Shown: piece by piece, positions 1 through 22,281 of the stretch
Layout: each line of letters starts with the position of its first letter
Numbering within the stretch: position 1 is the first letter of the stretch
From: the human T2T-CHM13v2.0 reference genome, Homo sapiens
Strand: one strand, 5' to 3'
DNA length: 64,000 bases
Assembly (NCBI RefSeq): GCF_009914755.1
Contig: NC_060931.1
The notes under the pieces: model-generated
The model's input: only the letters and a program-made list of their open reading frames with translations
What the model was told of the DNA's origin: nothing
Database searches by the model: none
Program-made: the position numbers and the translations under genes

Positions 1-391
1 GGCCTGGGCGCTGCCCACCTGGTGAGTCATGGGCCACTCTCTTCTGAGGCTGGCGGCCTGGCCCACCCTTCCCGTCGGTACCCAGGAGGGAGCACAGCCT
101 GCAATGGCCGCCTTATCTCACCCTCGCCCATGGCCCCGCAGACATGAGGTCAGGGCCGGGGATGTAATGAGGGTGGGAGGTGGGAGGCAGTGGAGGGTCA
201 GGGAGAGGTCAGAGGTCGCTGGCAAAGCTGTTGCTGCACTTTGGAGGTGAGGGTGGGGGGCAAAGCAGACCCTTAAGGGACCTCAGCCAGGCCCCAGGGC
301 TGGGGGTGGCAAGAGGTTCGTGTCATCACAGTGTGGCCGGGTCAGGGGAACAGGGACAGGTGCCCCAGGCCAGGGGAGAGAGGGCCCCAAA

Positions 392-726
392 CCCCAGCCC
401 CTTCCAGAATCTTATCTCCAGGGGAGAGAGGGACCCAGATTAGGATTTTCTATCTAAGACAGTCCACACCCCTACCCCTTCCAGAATCTTATTTCCAGGG
501 AAGGGAGGGCCCCAGATTAGAATCTCCGATCTGAGCCTGTCCTCACTCCCAACCCCTTCCAGAATCTTCTTTCCAGAGGAGAGAGGGCCCCAGATTATGA
601 TTTTCGATCTGAGACAGTCCACACCCCTACCCCTTCCAGAATCTTCTTTCCAGGGGAGAGAGGACCCCAGATTAGGATCTCCGATCTGAGACGGTACGCA
701 CCCTCTACCCCTTCTAGAATCTTCTC
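392..726. repeat. Minisatellite, 77/78-bp unit, about 4.3 copies
   Basis: cttc(c/t)agaatctt recurs at 401, 478, 556, 633, 711. Confidence 0.92.
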
Positions 727-1725
727 TTGTTTCTCCAATGGCCCTTTGAGGCCAATCCCCTTCTGGCCAAAACACACGGCCAGACAAGAAAGCCATTGAG
801 AGAACAAGCAAGGGTGTGTCTGTGCCCACTGGGGTGTCCCCAGAGCTCTTTGGGCATCTGTGTCTTACCCCTTTCATCATCCGACAAAGGGTGACTCAAC
901 ACCAGCACCAGCCCCGCGCCTTCGTCCCGGGAGGGCTGAGTCCTTCTGCGGCGTTGGGTCTGGGTCCCAGGGCTTGCCAGTTCTGCCGATGCCTGTCACC
1001 TGGGTGCAAGCCTGTGTGTGGGCCCACATGTGTGCCTGCAGATGTCTCTGCATGTGACATGTGCATGCCAAGTGTCCAGCTGTCTATCCCTTATGCTTAG
1101 TCTCTGAGTCTGGGCTGACTGTGCTGATGGCACTTTTTCCAAAGGTTCCTGGTAACTGGGACAAGTCAGTGTGTCCTCCAGCTTGTTGTCAGGGGTCCCT
1201 GGGCAGTGCTAGGCAGCAGCTTTTGGATGGGCAGTCAGTCGGTCAACATATGTTTATTTTGGGGTGTATATAGGCGGTCCTGGGGGCTTGCTGTCTCATC
1301 TGCCTCCATCCACCGGTCTGCAGGGACTGCAAATGAGGACATAGTTGTCCCCTCTGGCCGGTGTTGCTGTGTGTCTCTGTAGTTAAAGGTGTACCCTGGA
1401 GCCCTTCCCCTTCCCTGGGTGCCTGGTTTGTGGGGTTTCTGTCCTGGGTTAGCAGGGGGCAGGGGGACCTAATCCATGGTCAATACCTCCCTCCACCTCA
1501 CTCCCCAGCAGAAAACCCAAATGTGCATGGAGAAAGAGCACTGGCTCAACTGTCCCCAAAGTATAGAGACAGATGATTAATAGATGCATACATACATGTG
1601 TATATGTATGTATACACACACATCCATCCATCCATATGCATACATACACACACATCCATACATGTACATACACAGATATGATATCACATAGAATAAAATA
1701 CTCCAACTGACGTCTGAACTTTTAA

Positions 1726-2400
<675 letters not shown>

Positions 2401-2404
2401 TAAG

Positions 2405-2720
2405 ATATTATTTATACAGAGACATGCACACAGCGTATGTGAACTTGCATCAGATCGAATGGGAATTTTCACAAACCACACACATTGCTGTTGACAGCAC
2501 TCAGATCAACATGCCAGCCCCTCTGACCCCCATTTCCCTTATTCCCCTCCCAGCCCCCAATCTCCCCCTAAGAATAGCCATTGCTCTGACTTCAGCATAG
2601 ATTCCTTTTGTCATTTTTTGATTTGATGTAAATAGAATCCTAGATTATCTACCCTTACGTTTCAGATTCATCAAAGCTGTTGCATGATTTACTTTATTTT
2701 ATATTATTTTAGCCTGTGCA
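2405..2720 (-). mobile_element. Probable old L1M/L1ME 3' fragment
   Basis: AT-rich; ccattgctctgactt...gtaaatagaatc...agattcatc resembles L1ME 3' UTR; by eye only. Confidence 0.5.
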
Positions 2721-2789
2721 TTCCCACGACTCTGCCCCTCTCCCGCCGAGTTCTCAGGAGCCCACCACTGGGAAGAAAATCCTAGGGGA

Positions 2790-3347
<558 letters not shown>

Positions 3348-6272
3348 TTAAGCTTCCCCAGACCTTCCTTCGTCCTTCCAGGAATGCGCCAAGCAAAAGC
3401 AAGCTAAGAGCAGGTGCTGGGAGCAAACAGCTGCCTTGCAGGCAGGACGAGGAGCCTCTTAAGTCTGCAGCCCTATTGGAAAGGCTGGAAGGAGAGAGCT
3501 CCCATGGATGGAGAAGCAGCCTCAGATCCCCAAACTGTCTGCACCTCCCTCTAAGACAGGATGGTGTCCGTGGGACAATCGACCCATGTGCTCTCTTCCC
3601 AAGCCCTGGGTCTGTACCATGCCTAGGGACACAGATGTGGGCCACATTCCGCTGTCCAGACAACTTTCTTCTTCTCCTCTAAGGCCCAGATTGAGTGACA
3701 CCTCCCCTGTGATGCCAGGTTGACCCTCTGTCCCCATCTCCCCTAGACCCCTGCAGCTCCTTCTCCAGGACCGCTGGTGCCCGCGCCCAGTTCCGTTTCT
3801 TACGTAAGAGGTGATGCCCCCAGGGTCATTCCAGGGTGCAAATCTGTCTATGTCACCCTCTGTGGAAACCTCCCATGGCTCCCAGTGACCTCCACTAACG
3901 CACTCCTACTCCTCCGTTCTGCAGGATCTGGGCCCCCTGGCCTGGTTTCTTTCCACTCTGCCCTCCCAAGCTCCCACTCCAAGCCTCGCCTGCTATTTCT
4001 TGTCTTTGTACTTTTTGGATTGGGGCCAGCTGATTGCAGTGCTCCCTGCCCGCCTTTAAACTAGCAAAGTTCTCTTTGTCTTCAAAGACTCGGCTGAAAA
4101 ATGCCTTTCCTCCAGGAAACCTTCCTTGATGGCCCAGGCAGGGCTGGTGCCTCATCTGACCTCTCATACTCCCCACGCATGGGCCCACAGGGTCTGGGCT
4201 GGCACAGGGCCCTGGATGTGTCCCTCCATGGAGAGATGTCAGGGAGCCCTGGCCAGATGGCCCAAATGATGAATGTCTCCCAGGGATGTGCCAGCCTTTC
4301 CTCCACACTGGGCCAGCAGGTGTCAAGGCAGTGGTGATGCTTTGGGACCAAAGCCAACCTTGGATAGCTCCTCTGATTTGAGCTTCCTCTGAGCCCTCAA
4401 CTGCCCCCCTACCAGGATCCCACAGCCTCCTAATAGAGCTCCCCACCTGCCTCAGCTCATTCTCCACTTGGCAAGCAGAGAGCACCTGCTCACATGCAGA
4501 TCTGTGATGCTCCCTGCCTCAAACTCTCCATGGCTCCCCAGTGCCTCAGGACAAAGTCTTGGTCTGGTTCCCAGTGTCTGCTGCCCCATCCCCAGCCCTC
4601 ACTCTATCAGAGAAAATAGGGCAGGTCCCCAAACTGTCACCCCCTTGAGCCCTTGTCCCCCACATTGCCTCCACCTGGAGAACTCATTCTACCCAGCCAC
4701 TGGCCACCAGCACTCTATAAACCATTCCTGTTCTCTCTGACTGCTCCACATCGGTCCCCCTGCAGTACCTCTTGCCACCCGTCCTGGGCCATGAGACACT
4801 TTGGGGCACTGCTTTTCACTTGTCTATCACCCACTCCAGGCTGTGGACTCAGGGCCGAGGCTCTACTTGGCTCATCTCCATGCCTGGGCCTGGCACACAG
4901 TAAGTGTTGAATGAATAAGTGAACGCGCCTATTTTATAGACAAGGCACATGAGTCCCAATACAGCAGCGACAGTGACTCTGGGCCACAGTGGAGTGCAGG
5001 CACGGGGCTTCTACGAGACATCCTCTGAGGGTGTGAGCTGGTTTCTGGGCCCCCTGAGATGTGGGACCATGATCCGCCCACTCCCACCTCACTCCAGGTC
5101 AGGCCCCAGCAGGGAACAGCAGATTCGACCACCCCTCTAGGACCAGGAGGAAGGTGACCCCTGGAGCCATCTTTGGGGACCTTTGAGAACACTTCTAGGG
5201 CCTGGATCACCCAGGGCACCTGTTCTGCAGAGCCAGGAGCTTCTGGACAGGCCCCAGGCTAACCTCAGGGCCCCTCTCTGCCTCCAGGCAGGGCAAAGGT
5301 GGGCAGCGCCAGGAGGGTGCGGTAGGAGCCAGAGGCGTTGGGGAGAGGCCAGCCTGATTTATGAGGCAAGCAGGGATGGGATCACTTGGCAAGGTGGGCA
5401 TGCACGACAGACCCTCAGAGATAAGAGCCCAGAGGTATGCAAGCGATGTAAACAGCTGGGAGCGGGCACCCCAGCTCTCCCGTACCAGCCAGAGACACCC
5501 AGACCGGGGAAGGGCAAAGCAGCCATCTCAGATGGAAGAAGGCCCCATGGCCTCCCAGGACCGGGCCTCACTCCTGCTCCAGCCAGCCCGGACCCCTTGT
5601 TCCACGTCATCATTTCAACCGTGCCTAACTCTGCATCCTCTCTCAAGGCAAACCTAGTCTCAGAATTTTTCCTGGGTCCTTCAGGGCCCAACAACACTGC
5701 ACCAGAGCAGGCCACCCCACCTCTCACTGACACCACCGCTTCCATCTTCCAGACCTGATTGTGTCACTTTGCTGCTGGGTCCCTGCTGCCTTCAGGATGA
5801 CACCCAAGCCCCTTAGCCTGGACGTGAGCCCCTCATGACCAGACCCTGCCAGCCTCTCCTCCTTTGCAGTTCATCATGGCCCTCCTTAAGCTCAGCCATC
5901 CTGACCTCCTGCACTTTCCTGAGTGTGCCCAGCATTTCTTGCCACCTCTGGGCCTTTGCAGACGTGATGCCTTGGCTCTAATAGCCTTCTCTGCTCTGAT
6001 CTGCTGGTGAACTCCTATGCAACCTTCAAAACCCATCTCATAGGTGCCCTCCTCCAGAGTCATTCCTGCCTCTCTAAGGTAAGGTAGGGGCTGCCTTCAG
6101 CTCCTGCGGCACCCTCATCCCAATCCAGTCCTCTCAGTCATAGTACTCAGCATTCTTGCAAGCCTGCTACTCTCTTGATGGGGGCTCTCCAGGGCGAAGT
6201 CCTCAGGAATGCCCTCTGCAGGTCCCTGACCTCCACCTTGCGCTGTTGAGGACTCAGAATCTCCAAGTTCAT

Positions 6273-6580
<308 letters not shown>

Positions 6581-7284
6581 TCAAAGCTAAAGGCTCCCAC
6601 CTTTTGTGAAGAGGCCCTGCACCAAGAGGAAAAAGATCCAGCATCCAACATAGTCCTTCGCTCCACACACACACTCTCTGCAGTCCCCGCTAACTCAGCC
6701 CTGGGCCAACAGACAAAAGTACCCTGGCTATGACCCTTCCTCCTGCCTCAAGTCAGGCGGATTGCTTGAGGTCATGGTCACGGCGGCCATGTGAGGGGAA
6801 TGACCGGGCCCACTGACAGAGGAGGAAACTGAGTCTGGAGGTGGGGAGACATATCTACCCACGCCTACAGCAAACAGTGGGAGAGCAAGCTGTTTGACTC
6901 CCTAAAGCAGCCCTTTGTCGAGAGTAGGTTGAGGACATACCCACTCCGGGGACACACCAGCTGGTGCCTGGGCAGGACAATTGGCAAAGCATGCTCAGTC
7001 AGGGGACTGGCAGTTGCATGCAAGGACCTGGAATGCACCGCTGCCTGCCCAGGGCTAAGGACACACATCGGCAGGGTCATACCAGTTGTCCCCGTGGAGC
7101 AGGGAGATGGATGTACAAGCTGAGCGCCCTGGCAGGAGACAGAACCAGGGCATGGGCTGTGTCATAGGCCGGGTGGCCACAGACAGCCTGTGTGGACGGG
7201 AACACAGCTGCGGGCCCACGACACAGCCACGCGGCGGTGTACCCAATGCAGACCCCTGTGATTGTGTGCGTGGCCCAGACTCCA

Positions 7285-7616
7285 CTGCAGATGGTGGCAG
7301 AATGTGGCCAGTGTCACCCTGGAGGGAGAATAGGGGGTTGGGAGCAGGTGGGAGCACATGACCCAGTCTGGGGTCCCTAAAAGCAAGCAAGTCCTGAGCG
7401 CAGGTTGGATTTGGACAGGACAGGGATGTAGGAACTACATTCTACCCAGGGGGAGTCAGGGAGCAGAAGCCCCTCCACAGGGGGAGGTGGAAGAGAGAGA
7501 GCCCCAGGAGTTCAGGGACCCCTACCAGAGCCAAGCTGGAGACCTCCCCCCAGGGGCTGGGCAAACGCACACAGCCCTCTGACGCCAATCACCTCTGCCA
7601 CCAAGCCCAGCAGCCA
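7285..7616 (+). repeat. Non-Alu direct duplication, copy 1
   Basis: about 92% identical by manual alignment to 10474-10810. Confidence 0.93.
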
Positions 7617-8508
7617 CAAGGCAGGACTGTGCGTGCCGCCGCAAGCCCCCACCACTGCAGACAGCTGTGACCCCCTCCTCGCTGGCTTCCCACCGGAATG
7701 CACGACTTTGGAAGGAGACTGTGTCATCCAAGAAACATTCTATGTTTTCCTTGGTGCGTGCTCTGGGAACGGGGCAAGAACAGCCGTCCACATGGCCGTT
7801 TGCATGCTTGGGCGGCTGCCGGGCCGAGGGCCACCCATGCCAGTAGTGTCCTCACTCCGGTGGGGCCTGGCCTCAGCAAAGCCACTCCCTGCACCACCTG
7901 CCTGGGAAACCTGGGGGAACATCTCTGGGGCTGGGATCTAGAGGGAAAGAATTTGCAGGGAAGAGAGGTCACCCCCGCACCCAGCCCCCAGCTCTGCTGA
8001 CCAAGCACTGTCTTTGACAGAGAGACACCCTGGGAGACAGATGGGGTGCAATAAGCACAGCCACAGCCCTCTGAGCCTCAGGCTTCCTCTCCATATAATG
8101 GGCTCTCTCACGGCTCTGAGTCTCGGCAGTGGTGGGCTTCCTTGGGGACCCAATGGTGGCAAGGGAGAGAGTGTTAAGGACCAAGCAGCTGCCAGCCTTT
8201 CCCCCCACTGCCCCTCTGGCCCTCAGAAATGCCTCCCACCTAGGCAGCAGGTCTGGGTGTCACTGAGCCCAATGCATGAGGTGGCTGACATCGTGCACCC
8301 ACCGACCAGCCAGTCCTGGATTTGCCCGCAGTAGAGCCTGCAGAGGGGGTGGCAGGTGGTACCTGCCCGCCAGCCCCCAGTCCTGGCCAACCACCCACGC
8401 TTCAGGGGTTAACTGCACACTCCAGCCCACTCCTGTTTTCAATTTGGACACAGTGGACCAAGCTTAAGGATTTGCACGTTTCCTTGAACATTTCTCGGCT
8501 GGGGTCCG

Positions 8509-9069
<561 letters not shown>

Positions 9070-9580
9070 CAGAATATTACCTTAATCAAGCCTCTAGATA
9101 TAACAGCCAGCTTCTCAGAACACAAATAATAGAATTATATATTACTCCGGGGGGGGTGGATGGTGAAGCTCTGCCCCCAAGACCAGCAGCACCAGCTGCC
9201 CCTGCCTGGGTGGCCACTTTACAACAGCAAATCTGGAGGTCGTCCTGGCCCGTGGGCTCCCAATGGAGCCCGAACAGTGGCTTTGACAGATGAGGAAGCC
9301 GAGACCCACTGAACAGAGGGAGTGTTCTTAAAGCCAGGGACACCCGGCGCAGAGCCCATGTGGGGCTTGGGGAGCCCAGGGGACTTGTCCCTTGGTCTTC
9401 CGCTGAGCAGCTTTGAAGAGGGCGCATATTCTGGGAGTTAGAGACCCAGGTTGGAATGGGCCTGTCTCTGCGTCTCTGGGCCTCGAGTCCCCTACCTTGG
9501 GGGCACAGGTGTGTATCTGGGGCCGAGGGGATACTGAGGCTATGCCCTTGGAGACTGGCTCTCTCCAGCTGGCAATCTCA

Positions 9581-10181
<601 letters not shown>

Positions 10182-10473
10182 CTAAACAGGCCTGAGGCCC
10201 CAGAGCCCGCCGGGCCCAAGGGGAGCCCAAAATAACATCTGAGTCAGCATCCCTGCAGACACCCCCATCAGCCTGGGCCCATAGGGAGGGGCCTAGAGGC
10301 GGCCCAGACGGGGACCAGGCCAGGTCAGGCAGCCACCTGCTCTGGCGGGGCCCAGCCAGAGGCCAGCATGGCCCAGGGACATTGGAATTAGCCAAGTGGG
10401 GAGAGGGAGATTGGAGAAGAGAAGGGGGCGGCCCTGCCTGAGGTGGGCTCCAGTGCGAGAGAGACAGGGCTGT

Positions 10474-10810
10474 CTGCAGATGGTAGCAGTTCAGTGCAGC
10501 CAGTGTCACCCTGGGGGGAGAATAGGGGGCTGGGAGCAGGTGCAAGCACATGGCCCAGTCTGGGGTCCCTAGAGGCAAGCAAGTCCTGAGTGTGGGTTGG
10601 ATTTGGACAGGACAGGGATGCGGGAACCACATTCTACCCAGGGGGAGTCAGGGAACAGAAGCCCCTCCACAGGGGGAGGTGGAAGAGAGAGAGCCCCAGG
10701 AGTTTAGGGACCCCTACCAGAGCCAAGCTGGAGACCCTCCCCCCAGGGGCTGGGCAGACACATATAGCCCTCTGACCCCAATCACCTCTGCCACTACAGC
10801 CCAGCAGCCA
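10474..10810 (+). repeat. Non-Alu direct duplication, copy 2
   Basis: about 92% identical to 7285-7616. Confidence 0.93.
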
Positions 10811-11844
10811 TGGCCAGGCCTGTCCGCCCCATACTAGCCCTGCCAGACACAAAGGTGGCCCCAGCAGAAGGGACTGTCTGCACTGAGGCATCCACGTCAT
10901 CCTACCCATCCCTCCAGGTGAGCACAGCCCCCAGGAGACCCAGAGGAGCTAAGATTCCAACACCAGGGCAGGGCGGGCCTGAGATCAGGGACAGGTCCTA
11001 GGCCAGAGTCCTTCAGCATCAGTCCATGTGATCTCGACTCCTCCCCAGAGGCGGCCGCAGGAGCGAGCTGGTCCAGGCCACACTGTGTCCTCAGGTCCCC
11101 GGGTGGGTGGCTCTGGTCAGTCCCTTTGCTTTACAACTGTGAGGTCGCCCTGCCTCCCATGGCCAAGCTGGGGCAGAGGGCGGATACCTGAATCCCTGCT
11201 GGCCTCCCAGCTTAATCCCTCAGCTTTCCTGAGAATGGCTCTGCTGTTCTTGGCCAAGGGCCTCCGCTGAGCCTGGCACAGCCTCGGCTTGGCCCTCACC
11301 AGCGAGTGAGGGCTTGGCTGGGGCCCAGCCAGGGCGGTGGACATGATTGAAGCTAGAACATGGGGCCTGGCGGGCGGTGGAGGTTCACTTGGACCCCAGG
11401 GAGTGGCTCTGCCGCAGGGTCGGGACTCACCTCCTGGGGCCCCTCTCATCTGACAGAAGCTTCAGGGCCTTCTCCGAGCCCACCTGGTCCAGAAAACATA
11501 CAGACCCTGCTCCTTCACTCCCCTGAAACAAATCTGGGTTTTCCCACAAGGAAAGAAGCAGAAAGTTGAGAACAAAACCCTGGTTCTCCCTCCTGTTACA
11601 GGCCTTGATCGAGTCTCTACCATTTCCGAGGCTCAGTGCAAAGCTCCACGTAGAGGATGCAGAAATGAATTTTCTATGGAGCTCCAGGACGGGGCCACAC
11701 CTCTTTTTACTGCCCCAGTTTCTCCAAACGGCCCTGAACCAGGGATCTGAGCAGGGCTGTAGCTAAGATTTTGCTGAGCAGCTATTTTGTGCTTGCATGC
11801 ATGCAATGTGCTTGAGCTCCCTGACTCCCTGCCACACCCTCTCT

Positions 11845-11960
11845 AAGAGATGAGGAAACTGAAGCTCAGGGAGGGTACCTTGCCCAAGGTCAAAGTGCCC
11901 AAAGTGGAACAAGAGGGACTTGAACTTGCGCCATGTGGACTCAGAGCCTCTGCTTTTAAC
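11845..11960. mobile_element. MIR fragment
   Basis: agatgaggaaactgaagctcag...cttgcccaaggtca...gggacttgaac MIR core. Confidence 0.75.
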
Positions 11961-12162
11961 CACAGGGGTGTAGTGGGAAGGGGGTGTCTGGGGAAGGGCG
12001 TGTCTGGGGAAGGGCGGAAGGTCCTGAGGCCGGCTCAGAGGGAGACAGGCATTGCAGGTGGGCAGAACCAGGGGAGGACCGAATGGTGCTGAATGGTGCC
12101 CGAACAGTCTCCAAGGACCATCATAGAAACCCAGGAGCCCCCCTGGTCCATTTCATTAGTGA

Positions 12163-13922
<1,760 letters not shown>

Positions 13923-13933
13923 AGGGCTCTTTA

Positions 13934-14299
<366 letters not shown>

Positions 14300-14639
14300 T
14301 CAGAGTTCCATGAATGGGTGAGCTTCTCCACCACCAGGAGAGGGAACACAAAAACCCACATGGAGAAAGGATGGTGGCCCCCAGCTTGCTGCCTGAATCC
14401 TAACAGGCGTTGGAACCAGCTCTCAGCCTGAAAACCACAGGCAGCTCAGAGCTTTTATTAATTCCAGGGGCTGGAGGAAGGGCTGGGGCCCTCGAAAGAG
14501 GCTGTGCAGCTGACGACCCAGGAGGGAAGAGTTTTTTTTCCAAACGCTGAGGCCACCACGCTTTGGGAAGGGTGAGGGTAGACAGGCCAAGTCCTGGCTC
14601 TGGGGGGATTTAAAATGCTGTGTCAACGTAGGTCATAGA

Positions 14640-15208
<569 letters not shown>

Positions 15209-15209
15209 G

Positions 15210-16334
<1,125 letters not shown>

Positions 16335-17035
16335 AGATTGAGGGGGATAATAGCACCACTCTGCTTGTCTGGAGATTAAACCAGTTATTGTAATAGAGGC
16401 TCCCAGCATGGTGCCTGACAACCAGTAGGAGGGCAGTTCAGGCTGAAAGCTAAAGCCATTTCTCGCCTCCTCCAGGAAGCCCTCCTGGACTGACCCCATC
16501 TGGCACTGCTTCTGCCTGACCTCCCGCCCTAATCCCCATTATCACTTTCAGGTGGTTTTTTTTACACCAGTGAATTCCCATACACAGTTCAGGGTAGGGG
16601 GACAAGGGCTCCCACCAATTTGGGCTCATGGAAGACGAGTAGGTAGCCCAGCATGAACCAAAGAAAGGGCCGGGGACAATCACATGCCCCTTGCCGGGCA
16701 TCATACTCAGACCGTCTAGTAACACAGTGTGACTTGGAAGGACCTCTTAAGAAGTCAGTGGAAGTGGGGGCTTTTCTCCTAACCAGGATATTTTGAATAT
16801 GGGTCTGGGAGGGGCCCCCAACTCCGGAAACCCACCCTTCCAGCCCAGGCACAAACCTAAATCAGAGAGGTTTGCTTTCAGGAGAGGGCAAGGGAAGGTT
16901 TGCAATGAGCGTGCTGATGGTTGAGAAAGGAATCAGGGCATCTGCAGGTCTTAGCTCCAGGATATTCCCTTACTGCACTTGGGGCTGGGAGGAAGGAGGA
17001 GGCCCCCTCCCTCTCCCAGTTTCCCACAAGTCTTC

Positions 17036-17127
17036 TGTTATGGGCTGAATTGTGTCACCCCAAAATTCACGTGTTGTCCTCTGAGTCCCCCAGGACCTCA
17101 GAATGTGACTGTATTTGGAGATAGCGT

Positions 17128-17128
<1 letters not shown>
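17036..17128 (+). mobile_element. MLT1 (MaLR) LTR 5' fragment
   Basis: tgttatgggctgaattgtgtc..ccccaaaattca...acctcagaatgtgactgtatttggagatag matches MLT1 LTR start. Confidence 0.8.
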
Positions 17129-18526
<1,398 letters not shown>

Positions 18527-21361
18527 GAAAATGTCATTCCTGGCCCACTAAAGTGATTCCAAGCCTCACTAATGGGTCACAACCTGAAATTTGAAAGGCG
18601 CTGATTGAGTGAAAGTCCTTCATAGGAGCCCTGAGGTGACCCGGGCCAAGTAGGAAGGACCAGCGTCCTCTGAGAGTCTGTTACCGGCAGGCTTTAAGCA
18701 GGGCACGGACACATGGGGTCTGTGCTCTCAGAAGCTCCCTGCAGGCGGCTGTGTGGGTGGGCAGGAGGACAAAGGCTGGGTGCCTGGTCAGGGCTGCCTT
18801 CAGCCTTCCTGCTTTTGCGTACACCACCGGAAAGCAACTCCCTTTGGGAGACGGGAACAGGATTCAGCTCCAGCATCGACTCCTCCAGGAAGCCTTCCTG
18901 ATTGCCTCCCCTCCTGCAGGCTCTGACCCTCCGTTCCCAGGACTGCAGGTGCTGTTGTCCTCTATGCCTGTCTCCCCTCCCCAAACCCAATGCCTGCCAG
19001 AGCAGGCCACTCAGAAATGTGGAGAACAGAATGAACAAGGAAGTGGATCACCCCAGGCCCAGCAGGAGCCCCTGGCCCAGCCTCGCCTGCCTCCCACCCA
19101 GCATCCTGGCAGCTGCCCTGCCCGCCCTGCAGGACCCGCCTGGCGCCACAGGGATCAGGCCAGCTGAGGGTTCCGGGCATGGGTGGAGGGCTCTGCCCAG
19201 GGCGGGGAGCAGCCGAACGTGGTGTGGGGACGGAGACGGGCAAAACCAGGAGGAAGAGAGCTCCCCCGACCCGGCAGTGTTCCCGGCTCAGGCGCTTGGA
19301 AGGGCTCCTGAGCATGGAGGGCTGCGGGAGGCCAGGGAGATAAGGGCTCGAGGGAGGGCGCTTGGGTGGGGTAAGAGCTGTAGCAGCTCTGCCCACTGGT
19401 TCCTAGAGCCAGCTCAGGGGAGCAGGCAGCTCGGCCCTGGGTCCCACAACATGTGCAGCCCAGGGAAGAGAAGGCTCTGCTTTCCAGGTGTGGAGCCGAA
19501 CAGAGATCATCGCTCCACCCTAAAGCAGTGTGGCTGGAGGAGTGAAATACTCTAGAGGCTTGAGCTCCAGGTCACAGTGCCTTTGGGTGACCTTCCGCTG
19601 GTCATGTGTTTCCTCAAGGATCCGTTTCCTCACCTGTGTGGCAGGATAGTTTATTGAGTCATGAATATCTGTTCTTATCCACCCTATAACCCTCCCCTCT
19701 TGCCACTTTCCAAGCGGCTCTCCACGTTGCAAGCAAAAAGCCGCCGAAAGTCATCTTTGAGATGAGAGTGAGTATCTTAGACTGGAAGCATCTCCTGCCA
19801 GCCCGGAGATGACAGAATGTCCTGCAGGCCACTCCCTTGGAAGCACCTCTGGAGGTGGTCCAGCCCCGAGCTTCCCAGCCTCAGATTCCAGCACAGTCTT
19901 GGGGTGCACACGAGCACACAGGCTCCAACAAGGGAGTCAGGGAGTCAGGGCCCCTACTATCTCCAGGCTCCATCTAAGATGCCTGGATTTTGGTGGGGGG
20001 TGGAAGTGGAGGAAGACAGACCCAGTAACTGGGATGGAATTCACTGCCACCTACCCGTGTGACATTGGCTTAAATTAAATTAAACAGATCTAAGGCAGAC
20101 ACCAAGATGCTCTTTCTGGTGGGGCCGAGTTTATAGACAGGACTCCTAACCCTTCTGCTTGTTAACCGGCATAATAATATCCCCATTGGAAAATGGAAGT
20201 GTGCTTTGCAAACGGTCAAGTGTCAAACAAACAAGAGGCGTGCTCTGGACTCCTCCATCCCGGGTCCCATGGGAAGGGGGTGCACAGAGGAGGGCCGGCT
20301 CACGATGTTCCCCTCTAGATGGCAACAGACAGCCCGTGAGGCACTGTAGGAACAGCACAGGGCAGAACAGCCCGTCCGGGACACCCACCTCCCCACCCCC
20401 GGCTCACACTGGCCAAAGATCCAGACTGACAAATGACTCAGACACACAAACGCCCGGGGCTAAGAGGAAACACGGCATGGCCCGGAGGTTGCAGGGGGCA
20501 GCACTCACAGGGATGGGGCTTTCTGCTATGCCTACCCCTCCACCCAGCCATGATCAGTGGCCTGAAATGGTGTCATGGACCCCCTCCCATGTTTGAGCAC
20601 TTGCTGTATACCAAATTCTTACAGATATGTTTGTACTCTTAAATGGTTATGAAGATCCTGTCTTCATAGGACGAAACCAGGGATTCTAGGGGTCAATTAC
20701 TGTTGATGTCACCATCCTTCATTATTATTAGATAATCTGGCCAAACTCATACACTAATCAACATCAGTCCCCATCACAACCACAACAACGACTGCTGACC
20801 CTTCCGAACCCACTCCCAGCCTGGGGGGTTGCAGAAGCACCGAGTTCCAGAATTTCAGCCTCCCTCCCACAACGTCCAACGCACCCCCTCGAAGCACAGC
20901 CTGTCCTTCTTTTGAGCTGGCTCTGTGTGATGAAGGGACACCCAGCAAATGGCCCAGACCCATGGGCATTCGATCTATTTTCGGTTGCAGTCCCTTTACC
21001 TCTGACACCTGTGCCTGCGCCAGACCCCTTCCTTTCCTGGCCGGCCATCCGAGGGGTCCCTGGTGGCCTCTGGGAAGAGAGGAACTGCAGAAGTCCCTTT
21101 CATTTTCCAGCTGAGGTGCTGGCTCTGGGCCGATGCTGCCGGGCACCCCACAGGAGGTAGCCGCCCTCTCTGGCTCAGTCACCAGCACGAGGGCAGGGCC
21201 ACTCCTTTGGGGCTGCTTGTCACGGGTGCCCTTTGCCAGCCTCCAAGGACATCCTTCCTTCTCTGTCCCTCTCCCCTGTCCTCAAGCCCCGTCCCATTTT
21301 GAACCTCTGCATAGCAGGATTCAGATTCCCTTCCAAGCGCATCAGAACTAAGGCTAGCTCT

Positions 21362-21688
<327 letters not shown>

Positions 21689-21712
21689 TCACCAGTCCTT
21701 TATGATCTAAAC

Positions 21713-21985
21713 CAGTGCTGTCCCCGGTGGCAGCTGCTGGCCACATGTGGCTAATGGAGCACTTGAAATGTGACAAGTCCAGATTGAGACGTACCCTCGA
21801 TGCAAAATACACACCAGTTTTAAGACCTGGTACAAAAAAGAATGCAAGATATCTCAATAACTTTTATTTTGATTGGATGTTGAAAGGATTATACTTTAGA
21901 TATGTTGTGTTAAATATATTACTAAGAATAGTTTTACTTATGTTTTCTTTTATTTCATATGGCTACTAGTAAATTTAAGATCATA
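21713..21985. mobile_element. MER33-like hAT-Charlie DNA transposon
   Basis: cagtgctgtcc...gccacatgtggcta...gagcacttgaaatgtg...aaaatacacacc...tggctactag.aaatttaa. Confidence 0.8.
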
Positions 21986-21990
21986 GGAGG

Positions 21991-22281
21991 GGCTGGATGC
22001 GGTAGCTCACACCTGTAATCCCAGCATTTTGGGAGGCCGAGGCGGGCGGATCACCTGAGCTCAGGAGTTTGAGACCAGCCTGGCCAACATGGTGAAATCC
22101 GGTCTTTACTAAAAATACAAAAATTAGCTGGCAGTGGTGGCGGATGCCTGTAATCCCAGCTACTCGGGGGCTGAGGCAGGAGAATTGCTTGAACCTGGGA
22201 GGCAGAAATTTTAGTGAGCGGAGATCACGCCACTGCACTCCAGCCTGGGTGACAGAACGAGACTCCGTCTCAAAAAAAAAA
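21991..22281 (+). mobile_element. AluS
   Basis: Alu consensus. Confidence 0.95.
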
